DNA of 64,000 nt from Candidatus Dormiibacterota bacterium (lineage in GTDB: Bacteria > Chloroflexota > Dormibacteria > Aeolococcales > Aeolococcaceae). The notes beneath the pieces were generated by a model that saw only the letters and a program-made list of their open reading frames with translations, did no database searches and was not told the origin of the DNA. A program made the position numbers and the translations under genes. The DNA is taken from assembly GCA_963718525.1 (NCBI GenBank), contig OY970355.1:2144001-2208000 (forward strand), read 5' to 3'. Positions 54,774 through 64,000 of this stretch are shown here, in pieces (position 1 is the stretch's first letter; the number at the start of each line of letters is the position of its first letter).

Positions 54774-54889
54774 GTCGTTATTCAAACCAATTCGCCACAA
54801 AATCACTCTAAATCGAACTCAGCACGTGGCGAGAAATAAGGACTAGTCTGGGGGACCAGGGGTCGCAGGTTCGAGTCCTGTCTCCCCGA
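54774..54889 (+). repeat. att repeat 4: conserved arm plus tRNA-Pro 3' half (identity from 54846)
   Basis: GTCTGGGGGACCAGGGGTCGCAGGTTCGAGTCCTGTCTCCCCGA. Confidence 0.95.
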
Positions 54890-55225
54890 TTCGCAGCCCA
54901 TTGCACTGCGGTGCAGCCCATTCCACCGGATTGCAGTGGATTCCAAGTTGCCGGGATCCATTCTGCGGGGACTAGTACTTCTTAGCGGACTCAGTGCCTT
55001 CCTGCGATGCCATGCGGTTCGCTGCGGTCGACACCCCAGAGTCTCCAGTTTTGCCGGGGCGGTTCCGTGTTGAATATGAGCAGGCGTCAGCCCTGCCCTC
55101 CGTCTCCGGCGGGACTTGCTCGGACCAGTTGCGCCCGCGTGGATAATGCGCTCGTGAGCACAAGGCTCGAGCCCGCGCGCCTGATGGTGTCCGAGCCGTC
55201 TCGACGCCGTGGCCGGTGAGGCACG

Positions 55226-55987
55226 ATGGCCTTGACCGCCAACCAATTGGAGCAGTTCGTCGAGGAGGGCTTTGTCAAGCTCGAACGGGCGTTTCCCGAG
55301 AACGTTGGACAGCAGTGTCGACGGGAGCTCTGGGACGCCATCGGGTGTGACCCATCCGACCGATCGACTTGGACTCAGCCGTTCATTCGCCTTGACAGCT
55401 TCGGCACAGCTGCCTTCCGAGCCGCAGCAAACACGCCTCCGCTACTGGAGGCCTTCGATCAACTCGTCGGCGTGGGGCGCTGGATCGTATTGACCGGTCT
55501 CGGAACCTTTCCTCTTCGCTTTCCCAGCACAGAAGCGCCACTGGAGGCCGGGTGGCATGTGGAAGCCAGCTTTGCGGGGGCTCAACGCGAAATGCGCGTC
55601 AATCTGCGCTCCCGTGGTCGCGCGCTGCTCATGTTGTTCCTCTTCTCCGAGGTAAGCTCCGATGACGCGCCGACACAGGTGCGCGTCGGTTCACATCTCG
55701 ATGTTCCGCAGTTCTTGAAGTCAGCGGGGGACGATGGTGTGGCATGGATGACACTGTGCCAACAGGTAGTTCCGGCGTCGGCCGGCCGTCCCATCGAGCT
55801 GGCCACGGGCTCGCTCGGAGACGTGTATCTCTGCCATCCGTTTCTCGTGCACACGGGGACTGCTCATCGTGGCCATACGCCACGGTTCATGGCCCAACCA
55901 CCGCTCAGATCCATCGAGCCGCTTGACCTGGACTCGCCGAATCCGACTCCAGTCGAGCGAGCGGTCATCATCGGTCGGGACCGCTGA
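55226..55987 (+). CDS. Phytanoyl-CoA dioxygenase (PhyH) family 2OG-Fe(II) oxygenase
   Basis: EQFVEEGFV, GWHVE, T.VRVGSH, GDVYLCHPFLVH. Confidence 0.87.
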   Translation: MALTANQLEQFVEEGFVKLERAFPENVGQQCRRELWDAIGCDPSDRSTWTQPFIRLDSFGTAAFRAAANTPPLLEAFDQLVGVGRWIVLTGLGTFPLRFPSTEAPLEAGWHVEASFAGAQREMRVNLRSRGRALLMLFLFSEVSSDDAPTQVRVGSHLDVPQFLKSAGDDGVAWMTLCQQVVPASAGRPIELATGSLGDVYLCHPFLVHTGTAHRGHTPRFMAQPPLRSIEPLDLDSPNPTPVERAVIIGRDR

Positions 55988-56289
55988 CCCGGCCGGCGGT
56001 TCGGGTCGCCTCCAAATTCCGCGGGCCTACGCCACGCGGTGCAGCCATTCTGCCCAATGCACCGCCTTCCAGCCACTAGCGTGGTCGCTCGGCACCTTGT
56101 CCGACCTCATGGCCAACGCCGCTGAGCTGCCCAACAACCGTGTAACTCGGGCACCGCAGGTGGCTGAGCGGTCGGTCGTTCGCTCCGCTCACCGTCGCCA
56201 GAGCCCGAATCGCCCCATGTGGCAAGCGAGCCACGGCACATCCGCCTCGCTCACCCCAGCGTGCCATTAACACACCAGAGCGGATCGAC

Positions 56290-58429
56290 CTAGCTGACCG
56301 CGCTGCCGGCGAGCACCTGGTGCGACACAGGAACTGTGGCGCGGAGTGTCGTCCCCCGCCCCACGGTCGATTCGACCTGAAGGTTCCCCCCGAGGGCATC
56401 GAGGCGGTCTTCCATATTGGTCAGCCCATTGCCGCGAGCGGTAGTGCTGACGACAAAGCCGCGCCCGTCATCGTTGACCTCGACAGTGAGCAGATCACCG
56501 TCCTGCCTTAGGCGCACGACGGCTCTCGATGCCTTCGCGTACTTCTGAATGTTCTGAAGGGCTTCGAGAATGCAGAAGTACAGTGCGGCCTCGGTGTCTT
56601 GTGGATAGCGTCCGATGCCATCGATTTCGATGGTGATCGGCAGCGTGGCCTTGCGCGCCTGGGCTTGGAGGGCGGTGGGCAGGCCCTTCTCAGCCAGCAG
56701 CGGGGGATAGATGCCGCGGGCCAGATCGCGGAGCGTCTCCAATGCTTCATCCGCATCGCCTTTGAGTTGCTCAAGAGTTGTGATCGCCTTCTTCGGATCT
56801 TTCGTCAGCAACATCTCGACGAGGCCGAGCTTGACCTTGATCGCCACCAAGTATTGCTGGGCTCCATCGTGGAGGTCGCGCTCCAGCTTGCGGCGTTCAT
56901 GATCTTGTGCAGCCACGAGCCTCTGCCGGGAGCCTCGGAGGTCCACAAGTCGGGCTTGCAAATCAGCGGTGAGGCCGACATTCTTGAGGACGAGACCCGC
57001 CTGATGGGCGAGGTCGTCCATGAGCTTGATCTCGATCGGCGAGAGCGATTCGCCGCGACGCTTGGTCACTGTCAACGCACCCAGCACGTCGCCCTGATGG
57101 CGAACCAGCAGTGATCGATCCGCATTGGGGATCGAGAGTTCTCCAGCGCCGTTCAAGTGCAACACCGAGGGTATTGCGGCATCGAGCGGGAAGGCTGCAG
57201 CACGACGCAACTCATCGCCGCTGCGCAGCCAGATCTCGGAGAGTTCAGCAGCGGTGCCTTCCGCGAGGACCCGGGCCATACGCGGGAGCACCTCGTCGCT
57301 GGCGTACAACTCGGCAACCCGCTCGGAGAACTGTGAGAGGACTTCGTACGGAGTAGCTCGCTTCCCGTAGACGAGCAGATTCGCAACTCGCTGTACCCGC
57401 TCCCGAACCGGCTGGAAGCCAATGGCCACTATGGCGGTGGCGAGAATGGACAGGGCCAGGTTGGGTTTGCCGCCACTGCCGACGAGAGTGCCGATGCCGA
57501 CTGCGATGCCGACGTATACCGCAGTGATGAAGACAGCCAGTGAGCCGTACACGATGCTCCGGCCGATGAAGACGTCGAGGTCGTAGAGGCCGTACCTCAT
57601 CACAGCGAGCCCGATTGTGAGCGGGAGGGCGACTACAAGCCCAAAGTCTAAGGTGTAGTTGTCTATGGCAGTCCCCGCATTGGAGAGGAGCGGCGTGAAC
57701 GTCAAGATGAAGATTCCCAAGGCAGTGGCAGCCACATAGGCAAACCAGCGCATTTGGCGCCGTTCAACGCCCCGCGACCGGCGGAAGCGCACCACCACCG
57801 CCGTTACTAGAATTACGAAAATCAGCAGGAACAGCAGGCTTTGAAAGCCGCCGTTAATGTTGGTCAGGCTATCGAGTGCGGGTATCGCGAGAGGGTTGGT
57901 CAGACTGGGCAGCCGCGGCGATAACTGCGCCGATTGCGTTGAAACCATCGTCGATGCAGTCAGGACAACGGCGGTGGTAAGCCCCACCCAGGCGGCCCAT
58001 CGCCAGCGCGGTCCGGGCAGTATCCGTCCGTTAGGGAAGACGAAGACTACGAAGAGCAGCAACAAGGCACCAATACCAAAGCCGTTGTTGTACACCCAGG
58101 CTGCCCATGTCACCCAAGCGCGAGGTGATGCGCCGGATAGCAACCCGCGCATCGCGATGAAGTCGGCGAAAAGGCAGATTGAGTCAGCCACAGCAATGGC
58201 CAGCAGCAACCAACCAATCGAGTTCCGGGGGCGGCGGATCGCGATCAGCACGCCGAGGATGGCGGTGATGGGCGCACCGAGGAAATAGCCCAACCGCGCG
58301 GTTCTCACCGAGTTCGATCGCCTTCCAGTCGAGCGGCAACAGGACCAGGCTGGCAACCACCAGTCCGAGGCAGAACACCCCCACACACCAGGCGAGCGGA
58401 ACGGCCCTGCGCTCCCAGCGTGCTGTCAT
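56290..58429 (-). CDS. Membrane sensor histidine kinase paralogous to 41883-44012, apparent +1 frameshift at ~58314
   Basis: ERRKLERDLHDGAQQYL, EALQNIQKYA, DDGRGF; N-terminal ...LDWKAI lies in another frame from ATG 58429. Confidence 0.9.
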
Positions 58430-58844
58430 GAGGCCACAGTACCCGCGGGCCTGATGGGCTGTCGATGGTGCAACCGCCCCCCGCGAAAGGGTGGCTGCAC
58501 TCCTCGCTCTCGAGAGGCGGCGCGATTTCAGCGACGGTGAGTTTAGAAACCAAGACCCCGCGCCCGCCTCCGAGCAGCGCCAACGCAGCCTTGATGCGGT
58601 TCGCGTCAGGCCCACCCTCAGGGCCGTCACTGTGCCGCCGTGTGAGGAATCCCTCGCTCACCCTGGCGTACAACTTTCACACCAGAACTCGGGACGGCAG
58701 TGGAGCTAGCGGCGCATCCTACAAGTGCGTAGGCCACAGGCTGGTCGTAGCCGATGAACCGCGAGGTGGGCGTGAGGCTCCAGCCGTTGTCGGCAAGCCC
58801 GGCCCTGGCCCCTTCGCCGAGGCCAGGGTCGGACTCATTCGGAT

Positions 58845-59783
58845 CTAAGGTGTGACGAGCGTGAAGATGCCCCCATCTACGGAGATGCCGTTGCCGTTGC
58901 CAGTCGCCGCAAAACCGGTCGCCGTCGGGGCGAGGCCCTCGAAAGCGAACAGGTACAAGGGATTGCCGTCATAGCGCACCTGCGTGCCGTTCGGCGTGTG
59001 CAGGGTGCCGAGATTCGCCGGCGAAAGCCCACCCGACACCCCGGGCGTGCCGCTGGTAAGCATGCCGGGCCAGGCGCGTGCACATGCGCCCGTGCACGCG
59101 CTGTGTCCAGGGGTGTCCTTTGTGTAGCTATACACCGGGAAGTCGATCCACCCGATGCCGGTAAACATAGGCGTGGCGAGGACCTTCGTGCCGCCGATCT
59201 TCGTGGTCGTCAGCGTGCCGGCCCACGGCAGAGCCCGCCCCGAAGGCGCCATCAGGTTCCAGACGCCGTGCCAGGGCGGGAGGCTGGGCTCGTCCCATCC
59301 CTCACCCGTGACCTCGCCGGGACCCTGGTCGAACAGGTACAGCGGGTGTCCGGCATAGGTGACCTGGTCACCAACGCCAGCTCGCCACACCGTGCCGAGC
59401 AGCTGCTGCGACGCTCCGGAACCGGCGATTGGAGTGCCGGTCGTCGTAATGGCGGGCCACTCGGCGTTCGTGTCGTTTGACGGTCCGGTGCACAGGAGCG
59501 TTCCGACCGGAGTGACCACTGGCTTGCTCGTGCAGCCGAACGTCCTGCCGTGGTCGCTCGTGATGAAGTAGAGGCTGAAGCCAGCGTACGGGCCCGAGCC
59601 GACGACCAGCGCCCTGCCGAAGGCGGTGGGCGCCGTGGTGATGACGGTTCCCGTTGCCGCCGAGGCGGTTCCCGCGAAAACCGGGACACTAGCGAGACTG
59701 ACGACAAGGGCGGCGCCGGCGACGATCCCACGCAGCCCCGGCCGTACGCCGGGAGACTGGTCGGATCCAAAGTGGGTGTTCAT
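58845..59783 (-). CDS. Secreted protein with repeated Yx(FWY)xxD motifs (Lipoprotein_15 / COG4315-like)
   Basis: Signal peptide; QVTYAGHPLYLFD, VYSYTKD, CTGACARAWP, QVRYDGNPLYLF. Confidence 0.85.
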   Translation of the reverse strand: MNTHFGSDQSPGVRPGLRGIVAGAALVVSLASVPVFAGTASAATGTVITTAPTAFGRALVVGSGPYAGFSLYFITSDHGRTFGCTSKPVVTPVGTLLCTGPSNDTNAEWPAITTTGTPIAGSGASQQLLGTVWRAGVGDQVTYAGHPLYLFDQGPGEVTGEGWDEPSLPPWHGVWNLMAPSGRALPWAGTLTTTKIGGTKVLATPMFTGIGWIDFPVYSYTKDTPGHSACTGACARAWPGMLTSGTPGVSGGLSPANLGTLHTPNGTQVRYDGNPLYLFAFEGLAPTATGFAATGNGNGISVDGGIFTLVTP

Positions 59784-60369
59784 ATGCTCCCCTGATGCAG
59801 TTCGTGTGCGATGGGGCACATAGCCCCCAATAAAGTTGCTCCCTGCTACCTCGCAGGAATTCGTAGTCATGTTTTGTCTGGAAGAGCCCCCTCAGCCCAT
59901 CAATCCCCTCCTCTGTGCCTGTCGACCGCTGACGGCCTATCCTGAGCCGCGAGCAGCCGACGGTTGCAGCGATGATTGTGCATCACCGAGTAGAGCCAGC
60001 TGGCGACGAGGAGGCCACCGCCGCTGAGCCCAAGCCCGCCAGGCACCATGAACTGTGTCCACACCTCTGAGCGTGATGTCATCACGGGCACCGTATCCGC
60101 GCCGTAGACGGGTTGTCGATGGTGCGACCGCCCCTGGCGAGTGGGTGGCAGCACTACCCCGGCGGTCGGGTTACGGCTTCCCAATTGCGCTCCGGAGGTA
60201 ATGGCGGACACACCGAGGAGGCGTGCACGAAAAAGCATCGGCCCTCGGACAGCCCCGGCGGCTGTCAGGAGCGCGTCGGACAGTTCGAGAACGAGCACCG
60301 TCGCGCACGCCAGCATCCGTGAATGTCGCCAGAGCAGCCGAGCAGAGAACGGGTACCATGGGGGTGGAA

Positions 60370-61003
60370 ATGCCCTTGAGCGATGGTTCGGGCTTACCGC
60401 TGGCGGACCACCAACGGAGGCGATCGTTTCGCCGTCGGCTCACCCTGGTTGCGGGATTTGGCATCTGTGTAGTCAGTCTCTTGGTTGCCTGCTCCCCTGA
60501 GGCCTCCCACGTAGTTGCTACGCACACACCCACAGCAGTCGAGGCGCCTGTGAGCAGCCCTAGCAGCGCCCAGCCGCTATCGCCTCAGACGGCGGTTATG
60601 CGCCTTCAATGTGCCGGTGTCCTCGTAGATGGCAGGTGGGATATAGCAAGTTCGGATCCGTACGTGGCGGGCCGCAGACTTCTCAAACTCATCAACAGAC
60701 GGCCCGGCCCAGAATTGGATATACAGCGCCAGGGTGTATGCACATGACCCCGGAATGTTGTTGGAGCCGGCGGTAGGGAGTTCTCCGTACCCTCCTTCGC
60801 TTTGGAGCGGAACGCAGGAGAACGTCGCAGTCGCAGCCGGGCACCATGTTCGCGTTCCGATCACGTGGCCGTATGTCGACTCTCAGGGACAGCACCTTCC
60901 GAGCGCCACGTACTACGTGGTGGTCTCCGGAACTGTCACGCCGCCGGGCTACCCTGCAATGGTGAGCACTTGCACCATCGGTTTACGACAAGCGAGAGGC
61001 TAG
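60370..61003 (+). pseudogene. Possible broken lipoprotein-like gene
   Basis: Lipobox-like LLVAC followed by a Pro/Ser-rich linker; continues in a second frame (60734-61003). Confidence 0.3.
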
Positions 61004-61171
61004 ACCGTCACACGAGCGTCCTGTCACCAGATCCAGGGGCTTCAGATGCTCGACCCGCCCAACAGCCGCACAGAATGCCCCAAAGTCAAGAGCGGAGGGG
61101 AGCGAAGCAACAGGCAGTACGCGCGGGTGTGTGTTGGCGGAATTCCAATGGATTCCAACGCACCTGGTCTA

Positions 61172-61287
61172 GTCGTCATGCCAACCAATTCGCCACAAAA
61201 CCACGCTAAATCGAATTCAGCGCTCATCGGGAAATGAGGACTAGTCTGGGGGACCAGGGGTCGCAGGTTCGAGTCCTGTCTCCCCGA
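61172..61287 (+). repeat. att repeat 5: conserved arm plus tRNA-Pro 3' half (identity from 61244)
   Basis: GTCTGGGGGACCAGGGGTCGCAGGTTCGAGTCCTGTCTCCCCGACGG. Confidence 0.95.
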
Positions 61288-61409
61288 CGGACGCCAAATT
61301 TGATCTCAGTGCAGGGATTTCCAGTGCCATCCACTGGGCTCAATCCTGCGGGGACTAGCCCAAATTTCTCGAATAATGACTTTTCCAGCAAAACCACATT
61401 CTCTCCAGC

Positions 61410-62408
61410 ATGGCCAGCACGATCGACACCCATCTGAAGCCGTTGCGGCGGCGCGCTCCCGCCAGCCCGCCGCCGACCAGCAGGAGGGTCTCCATCGACC
61501 GCTGCGTCGATCTGATGGCGACGCGCTATCAGTGGGCCGACACCACCCGGGTCAACGCTCGGGACTACCTCGCCGGCGGCCGGTTCCTCGCCTTCTGTCA
61601 GGCGCGGGGCATCGAAACCGTCGACCAGCTCAGTAACGAAGCGATCCTCGACTTCGTCGGTGACGTCCGTGACCGCGTGGGGGTCAGCCGCAACACACTG
61701 CGTGGCTACCGCAATTACTTCAGACGGCTTGCAGATTTCTGCGCCACCACTCCAGGGTTTGCGAATCACTCCTTCACGTCCGGCGCCGTTCCGAGTGCTC
61801 CCAAGGAACCACGGCGAAGGCGCTCAGACGCGCTGACCCTGAGCGAAGAGCAGGCGCTCGTTGCCGCCCTCGTCGGACATCGTCGTGACAGTCTCATCGT
61901 CCGTGTCCTGTTGGCGTGCGGTCTGCGCGTCAATGAGCTCTGCGCGCTGTGCGTCGATGACGTGAAGCTCGCGGCGCGGCCGCCGCGGGTGCTCGTCACA
62001 AAGGCCCAGGGTGACATCACCAAGAGTGGCGTCGATCGCCAGGTGAGCTTCCGGCACCCGTATGCGAAGGAGCTCCTCCGAGACCTCGCGGCGTGGATCG
62101 AACGATACCGGCCGGAGTCTCGCCACCCCGATCTCTTCATTTCCGAACGACGCTCATCAGGTGAGCCGCTCACCACGACGGCAGTGCAGCAGATGGTGCA
62201 GCGAGCTGCGCGGAGCGCGGGACTTCGGCCCATCCATCCACATCTCCTTCGGCGTACATGGGCGACGCGCCTTGCCGACGCTGGCGCCACGGTGACGGAC
62301 CTCATGCAACAGGCTGGGTGGAGCAGCATCGAGATGGTGACCGTGTACTACGCCGGTTCTGAAGAGCGCGCGATCGAGCGAGTCGCCGGTCTGCGCGTCG
62401 AGGGCTGA
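61410..62408 (+). CDS. Tyrosine recombinase / integrase
   Basis: Catalytic R (GLRVNE), K (TKSG), HxxR (HLLR), W (AGW) and Y (VYY); SAM-like N-terminal domain; starts 122 bp after att repeat 5. Confidence 0.93.
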   Translation: MASTIDTHLKPLRRRAPASPPPTSRRVSIDRCVDLMATRYQWADTTRVNARDYLAGGRFLAFCQARGIETVDQLSNEAILDFVGDVRDRVGVSRNTLRGYRNYFRRLADFCATTPGFANHSFTSGAVPSAPKEPRRRRSDALTLSEEQALVAALVGHRRDSLIVRVLLACGLRVNELCALCVDDVKLAARPPRVLVTKAQGDITKSGVDRQVSFRHPYAKELLRDLAAWIERYRPESRHPDLFISERRSSGEPLTTTAVQQMVQRAARSAGLRPIHPHLLRRTWATRLADAGATVTDLMQQAGWSSIEMVTVYYAGSEERAIERVAGLRVEG

Positions 62409-62829
62409 TCAGCCGTTCGGGTTCAGCGACCTTATCCGTGGGACCTTTGACCGGTAGCTTGGGTGGCGGAAGGTGGCGGTTGAGTTTCGCCAGGCACGCG
62501 GCTCACAGGTACGAGAGGTTAGCGACGACGTGGCCAAAATGTCGATTCGGCGAAGATCAACCAAGCGCCCCTCGATGAAGCGGCGCGGCTTCGTAACGAG
62601 AACTGTGCTACGACTCGAACCGCTCACGTAGATCGAGCGTAAGCCGCCTTGCTGTCCCCGACACGGCAGTAGCGACGCGATCGGCTCCCCGCCAATGCCC
62701 CGATCGATCTGCCGAACCGGGGGCACGACTGAGGCATCTCGACCTTCGATGGTTGGCGTCTAATGCGGGACGTCTGAACCACGTGGGTGAACCGGCCGGC
62801 CCGCAGGCCGGCCGGTCCACATGAAGGGG

Positions 62830-63226
62830 TTAGCGAGACGCGACGGCCGCAGGCTCCTTCCAGGCCATCTCGAGCGCCGAAAGTTCCTCGCAACCAAGCA
62901 CCAGACGCGTGTCGGTCGCAAGGTAGGCGGTGGTGAGATTGATACCGGCATCGGCGAGGCGTCGCGTGACCTTTCCGAGCATGCCGGGCTGGTTGTCAAT
63001 GCGCTCAACAATCATGCGACTCGCGAGTGACCTTGTAGCCGACCTTGGCGATCGCGCGGCTGGTCGCGGCCTTGTCGGTGGTCAGCACGTGGAAGATGAC
63101 GCTCCCGTTCTGCTCGACGGCGCACAGGCCCTCGATGTTGATCTTCTCGCGGCCCAACTCCTCCGCGAGTGCCGCAAGACTGCCCTTGCTGTGCGGTACG
63201 ACGATGTTGAAGTCATATGCGTGTAT
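62830..63226 (-). CDS. Tandem ACT-domain protein, apparent frameshift at ~63016
   Basis: GSLAALAEELGREKINIEG and DNQPGMLGKVTRRLADAGINL in two frames; AGGAGG RBS before ATA. Confidence 0.75.
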
Positions 63227-63681
63227 GACTGGCCTCCTGTGTCGGGCGCCGAGTGTCTCAGCTGGCCCGACCTCCACCGTGCGCGTGCTGTCATACGAAA
63301 CGCAACCGATGCGAACCGCGCACGGTGGTCGGGCGGCGCATACCGTTCTAAACCCTTGGCGCATGCTGCGATTCCGTTCAGACGGGGTGAGCGGATACGG
63401 CGGGAACTATCCGCTTACACTCGGATGCATCCCGATGCCGTACGAGCGCGCGCTCGTCGCGACGTTTGGCTGTTTTTGGTGCCATTGCGTGGCCGGGGCC
63501 GACTGATACCGCTCACATACACTCCCGCTCAGCGTAGCGACACTCACAGAGAGGGCTGACCTCATGCTCGCGGTCGCGCGATTCTTAACTGCCTCGTCTG
63601 CGGGAGACGCCTCTACTCTGGCGATGTCGTCCGCTCGGAGCCCGATCTCCAACGACGGAATGATCTGGCTGCTGACCGCGC

Positions 63682-63897
63682 TCAGGTGGAGGCTAGCGGC
63701 GTATGAGCGAGGTCGCGAGCATACAGATACTGTCCGCACGCCAGACACTTCTTGACGGGATGCTCCGGCCGCTTGGACACCTCCGGCTGATCGTCATCAT
63801 TTGGATGCGCGTCATCCAGATTAGCTGTATCAAAGCTCAGCGACAGAAGACGGTCAGAGCCACAGCGGGCACACAATTGAGACAAGGCTTCTCCCAT
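63682..63897 (-). CDS. Small zinc-ribbon-like hypothetical protein
   Basis: CARC...CLAC pairs; ATG start. Confidence 0.5.
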   Translation of the reverse strand: MGEALSQLCARCGSDRLLSLSFDTANLDDAHPNDDDQPEVSKRPEHPVKKCLACGQYLYARDLAHTPLAST

Positions 63898-64000
63898 CGT
63901 GCCGCGCGCTCATCCCTTCGTCTGTCCGCTAGCGCGCCTTCCGGCGCTAGACGCATAGCTCGGTGTCCCGATGAGGGGCAGCAGATTTCTTCGCGTCTCT

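Larger units (their letters stand above)
33203..61287. mobile_element. Tandem array of five integrase-less units integrated at tRNA-Pro: 33203-36980, 36981-38925, 38926-44248, 44249-54889, 54890-61287
   Basis: Each unit ends in a conserved arm plus a direct repeat of the tRNA 3' half; cargo is accessory and includes IS elements and pseudogenes. Confidence 0.85.

Noticed and set aside
36933-61287. Repeats as a CRISPR array or as functional tRNA genes
   Set aside because: They are kilobases apart, no cas genes are present, they match the tRNA 3' half, and they lack the D arm and a fully paired acceptor stem.
33203-62408. Classical integron (IntI with attC sites)
   Set aside because: No RYYYAAC...GTTRRRY attC pattern was noticed at unit boundaries, units are multi-gene with their own promoters, and the recombinase shows no evident IntI-specific insertion. 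IntegronFinder was not run.
33203-64000. Prophage or ICE
   Set aside because: No capsid, terminase, tail, relaxase, T4SS or replication genes are recognisable in the window.

Overview
High-GC bacterial DNA. The gene content would fit a soil Terrabacteria lineage such as Dormibacterota, Chloroflexota or Actinomycetota, but this is inference only. The first half (1-33.1 kb) is core metabolism: a cytochrome c oxidase operon with assembly genes, sugar and amino-acid ABC transporters, mgsA, two MFS transporters, a form-II-like coxSLM molybdo-flavoprotein cluster with mmsA, an M20 peptidase, eno, Cys/Met genes with mec, and der. A tRNA-Pro(GGG) lies at 33129-33202. After it comes an accessory region in which the 3' ~45 nt of that tRNA recurs five more times in direct orientation (ending at 36980, 38925, 44248, 54889 and 61287). 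Each copy is preceded by a conserved ~70-100 bp arm. The copies delimit five cargo units of about 1.9-10.6 kb that encode no integrase. A single tyrosine recombinase gene (61410-62408) follows the last copy, and two other units keep only the upstream region and first codons of that gene. This looks like a tRNA-anchored, integron-like array of non-autonomous cassettes and is the main candidate novel system. Several frameshifts and odd substitutions fall on GACTC/GAGTC sites, suggesting methylation-linked sequencing errors rather than real pseudogenes.
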